IMG/VR virus record: IMGVR_UViG_3300037851_000542
Coordinates: 195,995 to 259,994 of that record
Reading direction: 5' to 3' (one strand)
DNA from: a virus
Lineage: Duplodnaviria > Caudoviricetes
DNA: 64,000 nucleotides
In this document: one piece after another, positions 18,233 to 28,388 of the stretch
Numbering within the stretch: position 1 is the stretch's first letter
Layout of the letters: each line of letters opens with the position of its first letter
Made by a program: the position numbers and the translations under genes
The notes under the pieces: model-generated
Told to the model about the DNA's origin: nothing
Database searches by the model: none
What the model saw: only the letters and a program-made list of their open reading frames with translations

Positions 18233-18938
18233 GTGTTTAATAAAATAAAAGATATATACGAAGATATTACATATAAACTAGATGACTTATATTATAAGTT
18301 AGCAAATAAATATGTGATGAAATATAACAAACTACACATCCAAAGTTTACAGGATGACACCTATTATGATGATGATTCTATTTTACTGCACGCTAATTTT
18401 CAAGTATTAGTTAATTTTGTAGAAAGTAATTATTACAGAGACTGGGAAAGAAAACAAAATTGGTTTGAAAGAAACATACCCTTCCCATTTAATCATTTTT
18501 TTGAAAATAAGAGTAAAAAAATTGAGTATGGGATAAAAATGGTCGGCATCCTTACCTTTAGAGGATATTTTAGACGCTGATGGTAATACTTTAGAGTGGG
18601 GAAATAAATCACAAGCTCTATCAGCAAAGGAAGCGCTGGAATTATATGACTGGTGGGTGAATATAAGACCGAACAGGCAAGAGCCCGAAGAGTTATCTGG
18701 ATGGAATGCTTGGTGTGATTATGAAAAAGAAACTTATGGTCATCCTTGGAATAGGCATACAAAATTAGAATCGGGGGCTATAAGACTGACCAATAAAGAA
18801 GAATATATGTCAGAAGAGGATGTAAAAAAACACAAGCAGGTATTAAAATTAACTTGTGAAATAGAAGAAGCTCAGAACCAAGAAGATGAAGATATGTTAA
18901 TAAGATTAATTAAAATTAGAAGAACTCTTTGGACCTAA
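18233..18938 (+). pseudogene. Conserved phage protein apparently split by a frameshift near 18540 (track ORFs 18233-18580 and 18657-18938)
   Basis: The second frame is open from about 18537 (KWSASLP...QALSAKEALELYDWW...RP...EDMLIRLIKIRRTLWT) and reads as a continuation of LLHANFQVLVNFVE...YGIK. Confidence 0.6.
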
Positions 18939-19050
18939 CATACTATTGATTATCTTATAGCAATAGTTCTTAAAGCCTATTTAAATAAATAGGCAAGCTC
19001 TTACGCATTTAATAAACTAGCAATTTGAAATAAATATCATTGGAGCCTTA

Positions 19051-20025
19051 ATGAACCTTACTAAAAAAAGAGTAGCATTTAAACCTTTCGAGTATCCTGA
19101 AGTTACAAAATACAAAGATGCAATAAATCACAGTTATTGGTTAGTTAGCGAGTGGAATTTTATTAGTGATATTCAAGACTTTAATGTAAAATTAAATAAT
19201 CAAGAGCGTAATGCAGTTAAAAATACTTTACTTGCTATATCCCAGATAGAAGTATCAGTTAAAAGATTCTGGACTAATTTAGGTAAATGGTTTCCTAAAC
19301 CAGAAATAGAGCAAGTCGGAGTTACTTTTGGTGAATCTGAAGTAAGACACGCAGATGCCTACTCACATTTGTTAGAAGTGCTGGGATTAAACGAAGACTT
19401 TGACCTGTTGTTGCAAAATCCTGTTATTCAAGGCAGAGTTCAATACTTAACTAAGTACCTTAAACAAGCAGCAGATACTGATACAGAAGAGTATACTTTA
19501 ACATTAGCTTTATTTTCTATTTTTATTGAAAACGTAAGTTTATTTTCGCAATTTGCAATTATTAAATCATTTAGTAAACATAAAAATCTGCTAAAGGATA
19601 TTGATAATGTTGTGCAAGCCACACAACAAGAGGAATTAATCCACGCCCAGTTTGGAGTCTACTTACTAAAACAAATTAAAAAAGAATTTCCCAAATGGTT
19701 TGACGAAGATTTTTATAAGAAAATATATAGAGCAGCTAAAAAAGCTTACCTAGCCGAAGAAAAAATATTAGACTGGATATTTGAAGAAGGAGAACTCAGT
19801 TTTCTTTCTAAAGATGTCTTAAAAGAGTTTATTAAAGACAGAATCAATAAAAGTATAGTAGAATTAGAGGGCGAGCCTGTATTTGAAATTAATCAAGATT
19901 TGCTAAAACAATTAGAATGGTTTAATGAAGAGATTTATTCCCAAGTTAATAGCGACTTCTTCTATAAAAAACCTGTCACCTACAGTAAGAAAGTTCAATC
20001 AATTAAAGAAGAGGATTTATTTTAA
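19051..20025 (+). CDS. nrdB: Class I ribonucleotide reductase beta subunit
   Basis: FKPFEYP, SQIEVSV, ESEVRHADAYS, IENVSLFSQF, EELIHAQFG, NSDFFYKKP. Confidence 0.95.
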   Translation: MNLTKKRVAFKPFEYPEVTKYKDAINHSYWLVSEWNFISDIQDFNVKLNNQERNAVKNTLLAISQIEVSVKRFWTNLGKWFPKPEIEQVGVTFGESEVRHADAYSHLLEVLGLNEDFDLLLQNPVIQGRVQYLTKYLKQAADTDTEEYTLTLALFSIFIENVSLFSQFAIIKSFSKHKNLLKDIDNVVQATQQEELIHAQFGVYLLKQIKKEFPKWFDEDFYKKIYRAAKKAYLAEEKILDWIFEEGELSFLSKDVLKEFIKDRINKSIVELEGEPVFEINQDLLKQLEWFNEEIYSQVNSDFFYKKPVTYSKKVQSIKEEDLF

Positions 20026-22802
20026 TGTCGAAAGATTATGTTTGGTTAAATGAGTATTCACAACAATATTTGGAATCAGATTATTTAGTATCAGGACAGT
20101 CATTAGATGAAAGAGTAGACGTTATATGTCAGACTATTGCAAAAATACTTGGAGATAAGCTCTCTATTGCCGATAAATTTAAAGAAAATTTAAAAAAAGG
20201 CTGGTACTCTTTATCCACCCCTATATGGGCTAACTTTGGAACAGACAGAGGGCTTCCCATTAGTTGTTTTTCAAGTACTATTGAGGATAATATGGCGTCT
20301 ATACTTTACACCAACGCTGAAGTTGGTATGATGACTAAGTATGGTGGCGGAACGGCAGCTTATTTTGGAGATCTAAGGGGTAGAGGTCACCCAATTAAGA
20401 ATAATGGATATTCTTCTGGTGCTGTACATTTTATGCAAATGTTTGACTCTCAAATGAGCGTTATAAGCCAGGGATCTACTCGTCGTGGTAACTTCGCAGC
20501 TTATCTCCCCATAAATCATCCAGACATAATGGAATTTTTAAAAATAAAAAGCGAAGGGTTTTTAATTCAAGACCTTTCTTTTGGGGTATGTGTTGAGGAC
20601 GAGTGGCTTCAATCAATGAAAGATGGGGACAAAGAAAAAAGAAAAATATGGGCAAAGGTGCTAGAAGTTAGAGCTAATGTTGGATACCCTTACATAATAT
20701 TTACCGATAATGTAAATAAAAATACAGCCGATGTTTACATTGACAAGGAGATGAAAATCACTCACTCAAATTTATGCATAGCTGGAGATCAAAGAGTGGT
20801 AACTTCTCTAGGTTATCTAACAGCAAAAGAGCTTTGTGAATTAGATATTCCTTTATCCTTATTTGATGGGGAAAAAGAAGTTAAATCTTCAAAAATGAAA
20901 CTTAGAGAACACTCCGCAGATATATTTAAGATTACTTTAGAAAACGGTTTAGAACATAGAATAACTGGTTATCACCCTTTGCCAGTTTTAAATACTGCTA
21001 CTAAGCAGATTTCTAAAACCTTGTGCCAAGATTTAAAAGTAGGAGATATAATTGCTATCCAAACTAACAAAGGTTTATTTGGAGAATTAGATATGCCTAA
21101 AGAAGCTTTTTTATTAGGGCTCTACCAAGGAGACGGTACTCAAACCAAAACAGATATAATGCTGGACCTCTGGGAAAATGATTTTGATCTAGAAAAAGAA
21201 ATACAAGAAGCTTTTAATTATATTCATTTTAAATACAATTGTGATAATTACGGAGTTATTAATCAAACTGCCAGATTGGTTGGGACTAGAAGAAGAAATC
21301 CAGCTACTTTTCATACATGTAACGCAGGACAGTCTAACGTAGCAAAAAAAAGATTAAGCTCTAGAACTTTAAAAAAAGCTCTAGATTTTAAAAAAGGAAT
21401 AGTGCCAGACTGGATTTGGAAGTCTTCCGAGAAAACCCAATGGCAATACGTAAGGGGATTACTTTATTCAGACGGTACTTGCGGAATGTACAATGGTAAA
21501 GGTGATTCGATTCAGGTTTCTCTAGCTAGTATTGATTTAACTTTTCTTAAAGATGTTCAGCTAATTTTTAATAATCTGGGATTGCAATCCTCTATTAGAT
21601 TGTTGAGAAAATCAGGACAAAATCTACTACCCGATGGTAAAGGTGGAAAGAAATACTATCATACAAAGGACTGTTGGAGACTCATTGTTAGCAATAAAGC
21701 TTCCTGTATAGAGTTAGATTTAAATACGGGATTTTTAAAAAGAAAAAGCATTAACTTATCTAATAGAAAATACCGAGATAATACTAAAAAAGGTTATAAA
21801 ATAAGTTCAATAATGTATGAAGGAAGAGAGCCTGTATATTGCCCTACTGTTGAGAGTGAAGATCATATATTTATCAGCCAAGGTTTCAAAACATTTAACT
21901 GTAGTGAGATCTTTTTGCCCACAAGTGCTACAGAGTCTTTTGTTTGTGATCTCTCTTCTATGAACTTACTCCATTATGATGATTGGAAAGATACAGATGC
22001 AGTAGAAGTTTTGATTTATGTTTTAGATGCAGTTATGGAAGAGTTCATAGAGAAGTCTAAAAACATTATGTTTATGGATCGGGCGCATAATTTTGCTAAA
22101 AATCACAGAGCTTTAGGTCTAGGGGTACTAGGTTGGCACAGCTTACTACAAAGTAAAATGATACCATTTGAAAGTATGGAAGCTAAGTTATTAAATACTA
22201 CAATTTTTAAGGGACTACAAAAGAAAACTCTTGAAGCCTCTCAATACTTAGCTACTATATACGGTGAGCCTAAATTATTAAAAGGGTACGGAAGAAGAAA
22301 TTCTACTACTATGGCTATTGCACCTACCAAAAGTTCTGCTTTTATATTAGGTCAAGTGTCAGAAGGTATTGAACCTCACAAGTCTAATTATTATATTAAA
22401 GATTTGGCTAAAGGAAAGTTTTCTATACGAAATGTTCATTTAAAAGATCTACTGGCATCTCTTCAAAGGGATACTTCGGAAGTTTGGGAATCTATCTTAA
22501 AAAATAAAGGTAGCGTTCAGCATTTAGATTTTCTAACTATTGAGCAAAAAAACGTATTTAAGACTTTTCAGGAAATCTCCCCGAGAGAAATTGTTATTCA
22601 AGCAGCATCTAGACAAAAGTATATCGACCAAGGGCAGTCGTTAAATTTAATGATTAATCCTAAAACTCCAGTTAAAGATGTAAATGCTTTAATATTAGAA
22701 GCTTGGGAGTTAGGTGTAAAAGCTTTCTATTATCAGATCGGTATAAATGCTGCTCAAGAGCTTAGTCAAAATATTCTTACTTGCACTAGTTGCGAAAGTT
22801 AA
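20025..22802 (+). CDS. nrdA: Class I ribonucleotide reductase alpha subunit with intein
   Basis: PISCF, TRRGNFAAYL, SNL[intein]CSEI, AIAPTKSS, DQGQSLN, C-terminal CTSC. Confidence 0.96.
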   Translation: MSKDYVWLNEYSQQYLESDYLVSGQSLDERVDVICQTIAKILGDKLSIADKFKENLKKGWYSLSTPIWANFGTDRGLPISCFSSTIEDNMASILYTNAEVGMMTKYGGGTAAYFGDLRGRGHPIKNNGYSSGAVHFMQMFDSQMSVISQGSTRRGNFAAYLPINHPDIMEFLKIKSEGFLIQDLSFGVCVEDEWLQSMKDGDKEKRKIWAKVLEVRANVGYPYIIFTDNVNKNTADVYIDKEMKITHSNLCIAGDQRVVTSLGYLTAKELCELDIPLSLFDGEKEVKSSKMKLREHSADIFKITLENGLEHRITGYHPLPVLNTATKQISKTLCQDLKVGDIIAIQTNKGLFGELDMPKEAFLLGLYQGDGTQTKTDIMLDLWENDFDLEKEIQEAFNYIHFKYNCDNYGVINQTARLVGTRRRNPATFHTCNAGQSNVAKKRLSSRTLKKALDFKKGIVPDWIWKSSEKTQWQYVRGLLYSDGTCGMYNGKGDSIQVSLASIDLTFLKDVQLIFNNLGLQSSIRLLRKSGQNLLPDGKGGKKYYHTKDCWRLIVSNKASCIELDLNTGFLKRKSINLSNRKYRDNTKKGYKISSIMYEGREPVYCPTVESEDHIFISQGFKTFNCSEIFLPTSATESFVCDLSSMNLLHYDDWKDTDAVEVLIYVLDAVMEEFIEKSKNIMFMDRAHNFAKNHRALGLGVLGWHSLLQSKMIPFESMEAKLLNTTIFKGLQKKTLEASQYLATIYGEPKLLKGYGRRNSTTMAIAPTKSSAFILGQVSEGIEPHKSNYYIKDLAKGKFSIRNVHLKDLLASLQRDTSEVWESILKNKGSVQHLDFLTIEQKNVFKTFQEISPREIVIQAASRQKYIDQGQSLNLMINPKTPVKDVNALILEAWELGVKAFYYQIGINAAQELSQNILTCTSCES
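20775..21899 (+). mobile_element. Intein (375 aa) with LAGLIDADG homing endonuclease in nrdA
   Basis: Starts CIAGDQRVVTSLG, ends FKTFN before CSEI; LLGLYQGDGT and VRGLLYSDGT motifs. Confidence 0.93.
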
Positions 22803-22869
22803 GTATACTGAAGGCTGATACTCCTCTACATCTGAAAAACAGTTTATTATTAATAACCTAAAAGTACCT

Positions 22870-23550
22870 ATGCAAACTACTAATGATATTAAATCTAATA
22901 ACCTAAAAGCCTATGAAAACATAGGTTTAGAGTATGAAAATTTTATACAAAGGACTAAATGGAGTATAGTTAGACCAAGTTTAACTAATCTGCTTGTTAA
23001 TTTAGTAGAACGTAATACTAATAATGCTTTAGACTTAGGTTGTAATATTGGAAAAGAAAGTATTAGATTGCAATGTGACTTTGGTTTTGATGTAGAGGCT
23101 ATAGACTTTTCCGCCAATAATATAAAACTTGCAAAACAACATAAAGACTCGGATGAGGACTTCTATGACTTTATAGGTTTTCCTAATTTTAAAGTAGGGG
23201 ACATAGAAACCTATATTCCTGAAAAAGATAATTATGAATTAATACAAATGATGTTTGTATTATTCCATATTGACAGACAAAGGCATTTTAATATTATAGA
23301 CAAATACCTAAACCTCTTGGACAAAAATGGTAAATTTATGTTAACTACCTCTATGGAAGTAGGAGGTACAGTAGAAACAGAATTCACAGAATTACCTAAT
23401 TGGTTGGGTAAAGGCACTACTGAGTATAGTTACTTTAATAAAGATGTGTACATAGAAAGGTATAAAGATCATATTATTATGGAGTTTGGAGTTAATGTAG
23501 CCGAAAACGGTCTTATGTATAAATTCAACCATTTAATACTAGGAAATTGA
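22870..23550 (+). CDS. Class I SAM-dependent methyltransferase
   Basis: ALDLGCNIG, AIDFS, VGDI, LFHI. Confidence 0.85.
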   Translation: MQTTNDIKSNNLKAYENIGLEYENFIQRTKWSIVRPSLTNLLVNLVERNTNNALDLGCNIGKESIRLQCDFGFDVEAIDFSANNIKLAKQHKDSDEDFYDFIGFPNFKVGDIETYIPEKDNYELIQMMFVLFHIDRQRHFNIIDKYLNLLDKNGKFMLTTSMEVGGTVETEFTELPNWLGKGTTEYSYFNKDVYIERYKDHIIMEFGVNVAENGLMYKFNHLILGN

Positions 23551-23783
23551 TTATGAGCGAAAAATCAAACATTGATAAAGTAATTACAGCTATACTCTTT
23601 ACTTTACTATTTTTGCTATTTATAGCAATAGATATCTGGATTTTAAAAAGTATATTTAATCTGATAAGTTATCATACCTTTTCTTCTGCTTTAAAGTTAA
23701 GTATGGGACAAGCATTCTTTCTATGGTTATTAGTCTTTTATCTAAGACTCACCACTCTTGCAATTCTAAAAAATAACAACTAG
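23547..23783 (+). CDS. Small membrane protein
   Basis: Two hydrophobic segments. Confidence 0.65.
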   Translation: MIMSEKSNIDKVITAILFTLLFLLFIAIDIWILKSIFNLISYHTFSSALKLSMGQAFFLWLLVFYLRLTTLAILKNNN

Positions 23784-23791
23784 TTAATTAA

Positions 23792-24538
23792 ATGTTTTCT
23801 ATACACCCAGCTTTGCTAAAAAACTTAGATGCTAGTTTTATTAACAGTTTCATTGAAAACTATGAAACAGGTGTAGACATCCTATACTTTACTAAAAATA
23901 AATTTCAATTTAAAAACTTCTTTCATTTTGGTACGATAGCACAAGCTTTAAAGAAACCAGAGTGTTACTTTGAAGAAGATAAGTTTATTTATACAAACTA
24001 CGCAGCTAACTGTAAAACAATAGAAAATTTTCTATTAAATAGGGACTACGACCTAGTACCTGCCTATAAAATTAATTTTACTGAAGATAAGATTCTACAT
24101 ATAAGACCAAACTCTGGGTTAAAGCCTTTTGCTGGATTTCCTACTCACTCTTTTGTTGTTAAGTCCGAAATTGATTTTAGACAAATTGCTCCAGAAACAC
24201 TATGTATAATAAGTCCTTTTAAACTAATAAAAGAGATTGAAATAAGAGCTTGGTTTATTGAGGGTAGATTTGTAACTTACGGTGTATATGGATTTGGCTC
24301 CAGCGCCGTAGAAAAAATAGACCTTAGTGGTGATCTAAAAGAGCTAATTTCAATACTAGAGCAGTCTGGTGACCTAGATTACTTTGGATTAGGTTGTACA
24401 GTAGATTTTGTATTAGATGTTAGATCTAATCAATGGAAAATAGTAGAATGTAATGGTTTAGCTACTTCTGGCTGGTATAATGGTATAGATGTTATGGCTT
24501 TAATGGCTACCTTAAACAGTCAGCTTAGTGGGTACTAA
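23792..24538 (+). CDS. ATP-grasp protein (R2K/DUF4343-like)
   Basis: HIRPNSGLKPFAG, EIRAWFIEG, TVDFV, IVECNGLATSGWY. Confidence 0.75.
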   Translation: MFSIHPALLKNLDASFINSFIENYETGVDILYFTKNKFQFKNFFHFGTIAQALKKPECYFEEDKFIYTNYAANCKTIENFLLNRDYDLVPAYKINFTEDKILHIRPNSGLKPFAGFPTHSFVVKSEIDFRQIAPETLCIISPFKLIKEIEIRAWFIEGRFVTYGVYGFGSSAVEKIDLSGDLKELISILEQSGDLDYFGLGCTVDFVLDVRSNQWKIVECNGLATSGWYNGIDVMALMATLNSQLSGY

Positions 24539-24884
24539 TTACTTTTGTTGCCGCAATTTTAAAAAAAAGATACCCAAGTCTGCAATACATATTGGGAAGA
24601 AAAGTTACGGATGGTCTTTTTCTTTTAGAGCACACGAAGCGTGTGGGCTTGTTACCAGTAGTGCTTGGCTAAATTTTCTATATACAAATCCACAACTTAC
24701 AATAGTGGATGAATATAACAATCCTATTTCTTACGGTCAATTTAAAGATTTAGTCAATAGCTCTTTATTAGAACCTAATAATCAATATTTATGGTCTTTA
24801 AAACGTGATTATCTAAACACTAGGGAAGAAACAGATTGGTTAGATGATTCTGGTTTTTGTATCACTTCAGTAGACTTTTCCTAA
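24528..24884 (+). CDS. Conserved phage hypothetical protein
   Basis: HIGKKSYGWSFSF, IVDEYN, terminal DFS. Confidence 0.7.
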   Translation: MGTNYFCCRNFKKKIPKSAIHIGKKSYGWSFSFRAHEACGLVTSSAWLNFLYTNPQLTIVDEYNNPISYGQFKDLVNSSLLEPNNQYLWSLKRDYLNTREETDWLDDSGFCITSVDFS

Positions 24885-24943
24885 TTTAATTGTTATACTT
24901 GTTTAAATGTTTAATTAATTTTATAGACTACATTGTAACCTAT

Positions 24944-25315
24944 ATGAAGAATATATACTATTTAGCTTGCCCTTATAGTAAAGGTACCGAACAAGTAAGG
25001 ATAGAAAGATTTGATAAGGTAACAGAAGCTTGTTCTTTATTAACTAACCAAGGGTTCTGTATATTTTCACCTATTACCCATAGTCATCCTATGGTTAAGT
25101 ACGGGGTACCTAGTTGCTGGGATTTCTGGAAGAAAGTAGATACATTGTTTATCTCAGTATTTACAGGATTAATAGTTTTACAGTTAGATGGCTGGTTAGA
25201 ATCAGCAGGTGTACAGGAAGAAATACTTATAGCTGAGTCTATGGGTAAACCTGTAATATATGTAACACTGGAAGATATTAGAGCCGCTAAATTAAGTGGG
25301 GCATTGGCACCATGA
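24944..25315 (+). CDS. DUF1937-like (nucleoside deoxyribosyltransferase-fold) protein
   Basis: IYYLACPYS, FSPITHSHP, LDGWLESAGVQEE. Confidence 0.75.
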   Translation: MKNIYYLACPYSKGTEQVRIERFDKVTEACSLLTNQGFCIFSPITHSHPMVKYGVPSCWDFWKKVDTLFISVFTGLIVLQLDGWLESAGVQEEILIAESMGKPVIYVTLEDIRAAKLSGALAP

Positions 25316-26124
25316 GCAAAATAATACTACATCCACGTAACCTGACATTATATATAATTATATCCTCAGTAGTATTGTTTATACTAGGTACTTTTATTAC
25401 TTTTAAAGGTTTAGGCATAAGAGATCGAAATGAGTTTCCTTGGATGGGTTCTCTTACGAATTCAGATGTTAATAACTTTAAAAATAGGTTCTGCGGCGGA
25501 TCATTAATTGATGAGTACCACGTTATTACTGCAGCACACTGTGTTAATCCTAGAAACTCTAGTCCACTATTTTTTAGTATAGGTTCTCCAGAGTTGACTG
25601 AGGCAAAGACATTTATAGAAGTAGAGGAAATTATTGTACACGAAAAATATTCTCATAGGTTTTTAAACGATGATATTGCAATCTTAAAATTAAAAAAACC
25701 TTATAAATTAAAATCTTACCCCAAATTACCTACCGAACAAGTTGTTAGTAATTTAAAGAAAGCCTTTATATTAGGTTGGGGTACCTTGGATAGAGAAAAA
25801 AATGTACAGCCTAATCTATTAAAGTATATGCCTATAGATATTTGGGATCAAAGTGATTGTATAACTTCTATAGCAAGTCTATTATATAATCCTGTTAAAA
25901 TGATATGTGGTGGTATATTAGCATCTTACTCAAATGGCAAGGATGGGGAAAGTCCTTGTTATGGGGATTCTGGTGGTCCAATATTAACAAAAGCAGGAAA
26001 AGATTTTTATATAGTAGGGATTGTATCTTGGGGCACTGAGTGCTATAGTAATTTGACCCCACAGGTATTTACAAATGTATATTATCACAACGATTGGATA
26101 AAAGATAAACTAGAAAATTCTTAA
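25312..26124 (+). CDS. Chymotrypsin-family (S1A) serine protease with an N-terminal hydrophobic segment
   Basis: FCGGSLI, TAAHC, DDIAILKL, CYGDSGGP, GIVSWG. Confidence 0.93.
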   Translation: MSKIILHPRNLTLYIIISSVVLFILGTFITFKGLGIRDRNEFPWMGSLTNSDVNNFKNRFCGGSLIDEYHVITAAHCVNPRNSSPLFFSIGSPELTEAKTFIEVEEIIVHEKYSHRFLNDDIAILKLKKPYKLKSYPKLPTEQVVSNLKKAFILGWGTLDREKNVQPNLLKYMPIDIWDQSDCITSIASLLYNPVKMICGGILASYSNGKDGESPCYGDSGGPILTKAGKDFYIVGIVSWGTECYSNLTPQVFTNVYYHNDWIKDKLENS

Positions 26125-26135
26125 AGGAAAAATAT

Positions 26136-26459
26136 ATGAATAATCAAAATGCACAACAAGAAGGGCGTACCTTAACAGCAGAAACTGCTACAATTAAGGA
26201 TCTTATTGAAGTAAATAATAGTCTGAAATTATCTTTCAATGAAAGTAGACCTAGATTAGAGGATGCACCACTTTTACTTGAAGCAGTAAAAATTCTTAAC
26301 TTTGTAAATCTAGTTCTAGAAAGACTAGAAGCAGAGTCTAAAGATAAAACAGAACTTCCTGTAACCTCTCCTGTAACCTCTCCTGTTAACCATACAAGCT
26401 CTCAGCCTGCAAAAGAGGTAGTTAACCCTGTTGCATTTGTTAATAATGTATCACTCTAA
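26136..26459 (+). CDS. Hypothetical protein
   Basis: 107 aa; PVTS repeats in the tail. Confidence 0.7.
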   Translation: MNNQNAQQEGRTLTAETATIKDLIEVNNSLKLSFNESRPRLEDAPLLLEAVKILNFVNLVLERLEAESKDKTELPVTSPVTSPVNHTSSQPAKEVVNPVAFVNNVSL

Positions 26460-26471
26460 AGAAGATTTGAA

Positions 26472-27176
26472 ATGAGAAAATTTATTTTACTTTTAAAACT
26501 TTTGCTTGCTAGATTTCTTAGTCTTTTTATCGGAAAAAAGGAGGAAACTGAGGAATCCGAATCCGAATCCGAATTAGAAACTGATTCCGAGGTTGATTCC
26601 GAACTAAGCGAAGAGAATTTAGATGGAGAGAACAACTCAGATGAAACAGAGGGGTTAGATCCAGAAGCAGATAGTGACAGCGGTACTGAGTCTGTAGACG
26701 AGACAGTTGCAGATGAAGAACGTATCGCTGACGCCGGTGAAGCCTCTAGTTTAACAGACCCAAAGACTGACTTTAGAAATGCTAAAGTTTTGGCAGCACT
26801 TTGGAAACCTAAACGTGATCACGGGCACGAAGCTGTAGTAGTATTCTGGTCAGATAACATCTCATATAAAGACTTAGTGCTTGAAGTTTTAAACCCTAAA
26901 GGTCAGCAGATCAAAGTTTTAGGTAAAAAAGACTTTGTACCCGCTTCTTATTATGTACGTGGTCACAATGTACACGGTAAATATGGGGGTATAAACTTTG
27001 CTTTGCCAGTCAGCTCTAACCAGTTACCCAAGAAGCTTATGTTGAAAGCTAAAGTAAAGAGTCCAGCTACTGGTAAGGTTAAATATGTTAAAATATTTAA
27101 GTTTGATTCAATAACTGTATCAGATCCTAATAAGAGAGTAGAGGTGAATTACAAAACAAACAACTATAAAGGTTAA
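26472..27176 (+). CDS. Hypothetical protein with an amphipathic N-terminus and acidic linker
   Basis: E/S/D-rich stretch, then a basic globular domain. Confidence 0.7.
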   Translation: MRKFILLLKLLLARFLSLFIGKKEETEESESESELETDSEVDSELSEENLDGENNSDETEGLDPEADSDSGTESVDETVADEERIADAGEASSLTDPKTDFRNAKVLAALWKPKRDHGHEAVVVFWSDNISYKDLVLEVLNPKGQQIKVLGKKDFVPASYYVRGHNVHGKYGGINFALPVSSNQLPKKLMLKAKVKSPATGKVKYVKIFKFDSITVSDPNKRVEVNYKTNNYKG

Positions 27177-27181
27177 ACACG

Positions 27182-27544
27182 TTGAAGTTTCCAGTTATAA
27201 AAAAAGGAGTTACAAGGTGGGTAATTGTTTGCCCTAAGAGAGCTTATAAAATCCCGTCACTTTATAGCTGGAAACACTTTTTGCAAGGATTATTAGCTAA
27301 TATGCAAGAAGCTCAATGGAGTGGTTTTGATAAAAGACTTTGCCCCGTTATTTTTAAGCTACCACTGGGTTTTTTAGTTGTGATGCCAACAGTTGAACCA
27401 ATTAAAACAGAAGATTGTTACTTGCCGGACGATATGTATGACGCTCTTGTAAATCACGAAGATTACATATTACCTGTTGAAAATAAAACTAATTCTTTTG
27501 GTATTTTAAATGGAGAAATTGTAGCTATTGATTATGGATCTTAA
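27182..27544 (+). CDS. Phage hypothetical protein with kinase-like end motifs
   Basis: GVTRWV...YKIP...NSFG...VAIDYG; TTG start. Confidence 0.55.
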   Translation: MKFPVIKKGVTRWVIVCPKRAYKIPSLYSWKHFLQGLLANMQEAQWSGFDKRLCPVIFKLPLGFLVVMPTVEPIKTEDCYLPDDMYDALVNHEDYILPVENKTNSFGILNGEIVAIDYGS

Positions 27545-27566
27545 TTAGTTTAACTAAGTACCTTAA

Positions 27567-28388
27567 ATGACTACACTACTTAGATATCCAGGAGGTAAGC
27601 AGAAATTAATTAAGCCTATATTAAACTTGATAGGACTAGACTTGTTAAAATCTACTAGATATGTAGAACCTTTTTTAGGTGGAGGTTCTATGGCTATTGA
27701 AATAGTTAAAAAATATCCTAATATAAATGAAATAGTTTTATCAGATATAGATGTAAACTTATGCGCTTTATGGAATTCGGTTATTAATAATAAAGAGAGT
27801 TTAAAAACCCTTATTAAGGACTTTACCCCTACAGTAGAATCTTTTTTTAAATTTAAAGAAGATTTACAAACACCAGATATAGATCCTTTGCTAAGAGGGT
27901 TTAAAAAACTTGCAATTCATCAGATGTCCTATTCTGGTCTTGGGGAAAAAGCAGGAGGTCCTATAGGAGGTAAAGCTCAAAACTCTAAGTATTTAATTAA
28001 CTGTAGGTGGAAACCTCAAAGTTTAAATAAAAAAATTGATGAAATTAGTAATATATTTAAAAAAGTAAATTTCATAACGTCACAGCCAGTATTACAGGAA
28101 AGTTTTCCAACAGTACTACAAAACTGGTGTAATAAGAGCACATTTGTATATCTCGACCCTCCATATTACAAGAAAGGAGAGGAACTGTATGTAAATAGCT
28201 TTACCTCAGAATGTCACCTTAATTTAAGAGATTCCGTTAATAATTTAGATGGCAGGTTCGCTATATCCTACGATAAGGTTGACGAGATAATAAGACTGTA
28301 TTCAGATTACAAAATAAATGAATTAAAAGTTAATTACACTATCAATACCTCAAGAAATAATACTGAAATATTAATAACAAACCTATGA
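27567..28388 (+). CDS. DNA adenine methyltransferase (Dam/D12 class)
   Basis: LRYPGGK, VEPFLGGGS, YLDPPYY. Confidence 0.92.
   Translation: MTTLLRYPGGKQKLIKPILNLIGLDLLKSTRYVEPFLGGGSMAIEIVKKYPNINEIVLSDIDVNLCALWNSVINNKESLKTLIKDFTPTVESFFKFKEDLQTPDIDPLLRGFKKLAIHQMSYSGLGEKAGGPIGGKAQNSKYLINCRWKPQSLNKKIDEISNIFKKVNFITSQPVLQESFPTVLQNWCNKSTFVYLDPPYYKKGEELYVNSFTSECHLNLRDSVNNLDGRFAISYDKVDEIIRLYSDYKINELKVNYTINTSRNNTEILITNL

Noticed and set aside
26358-26575. Short tandem repeats (cctgtaacctct; gaatcc)
   Set aside because: Coding low-complexity linkers (PVTS, ESES).
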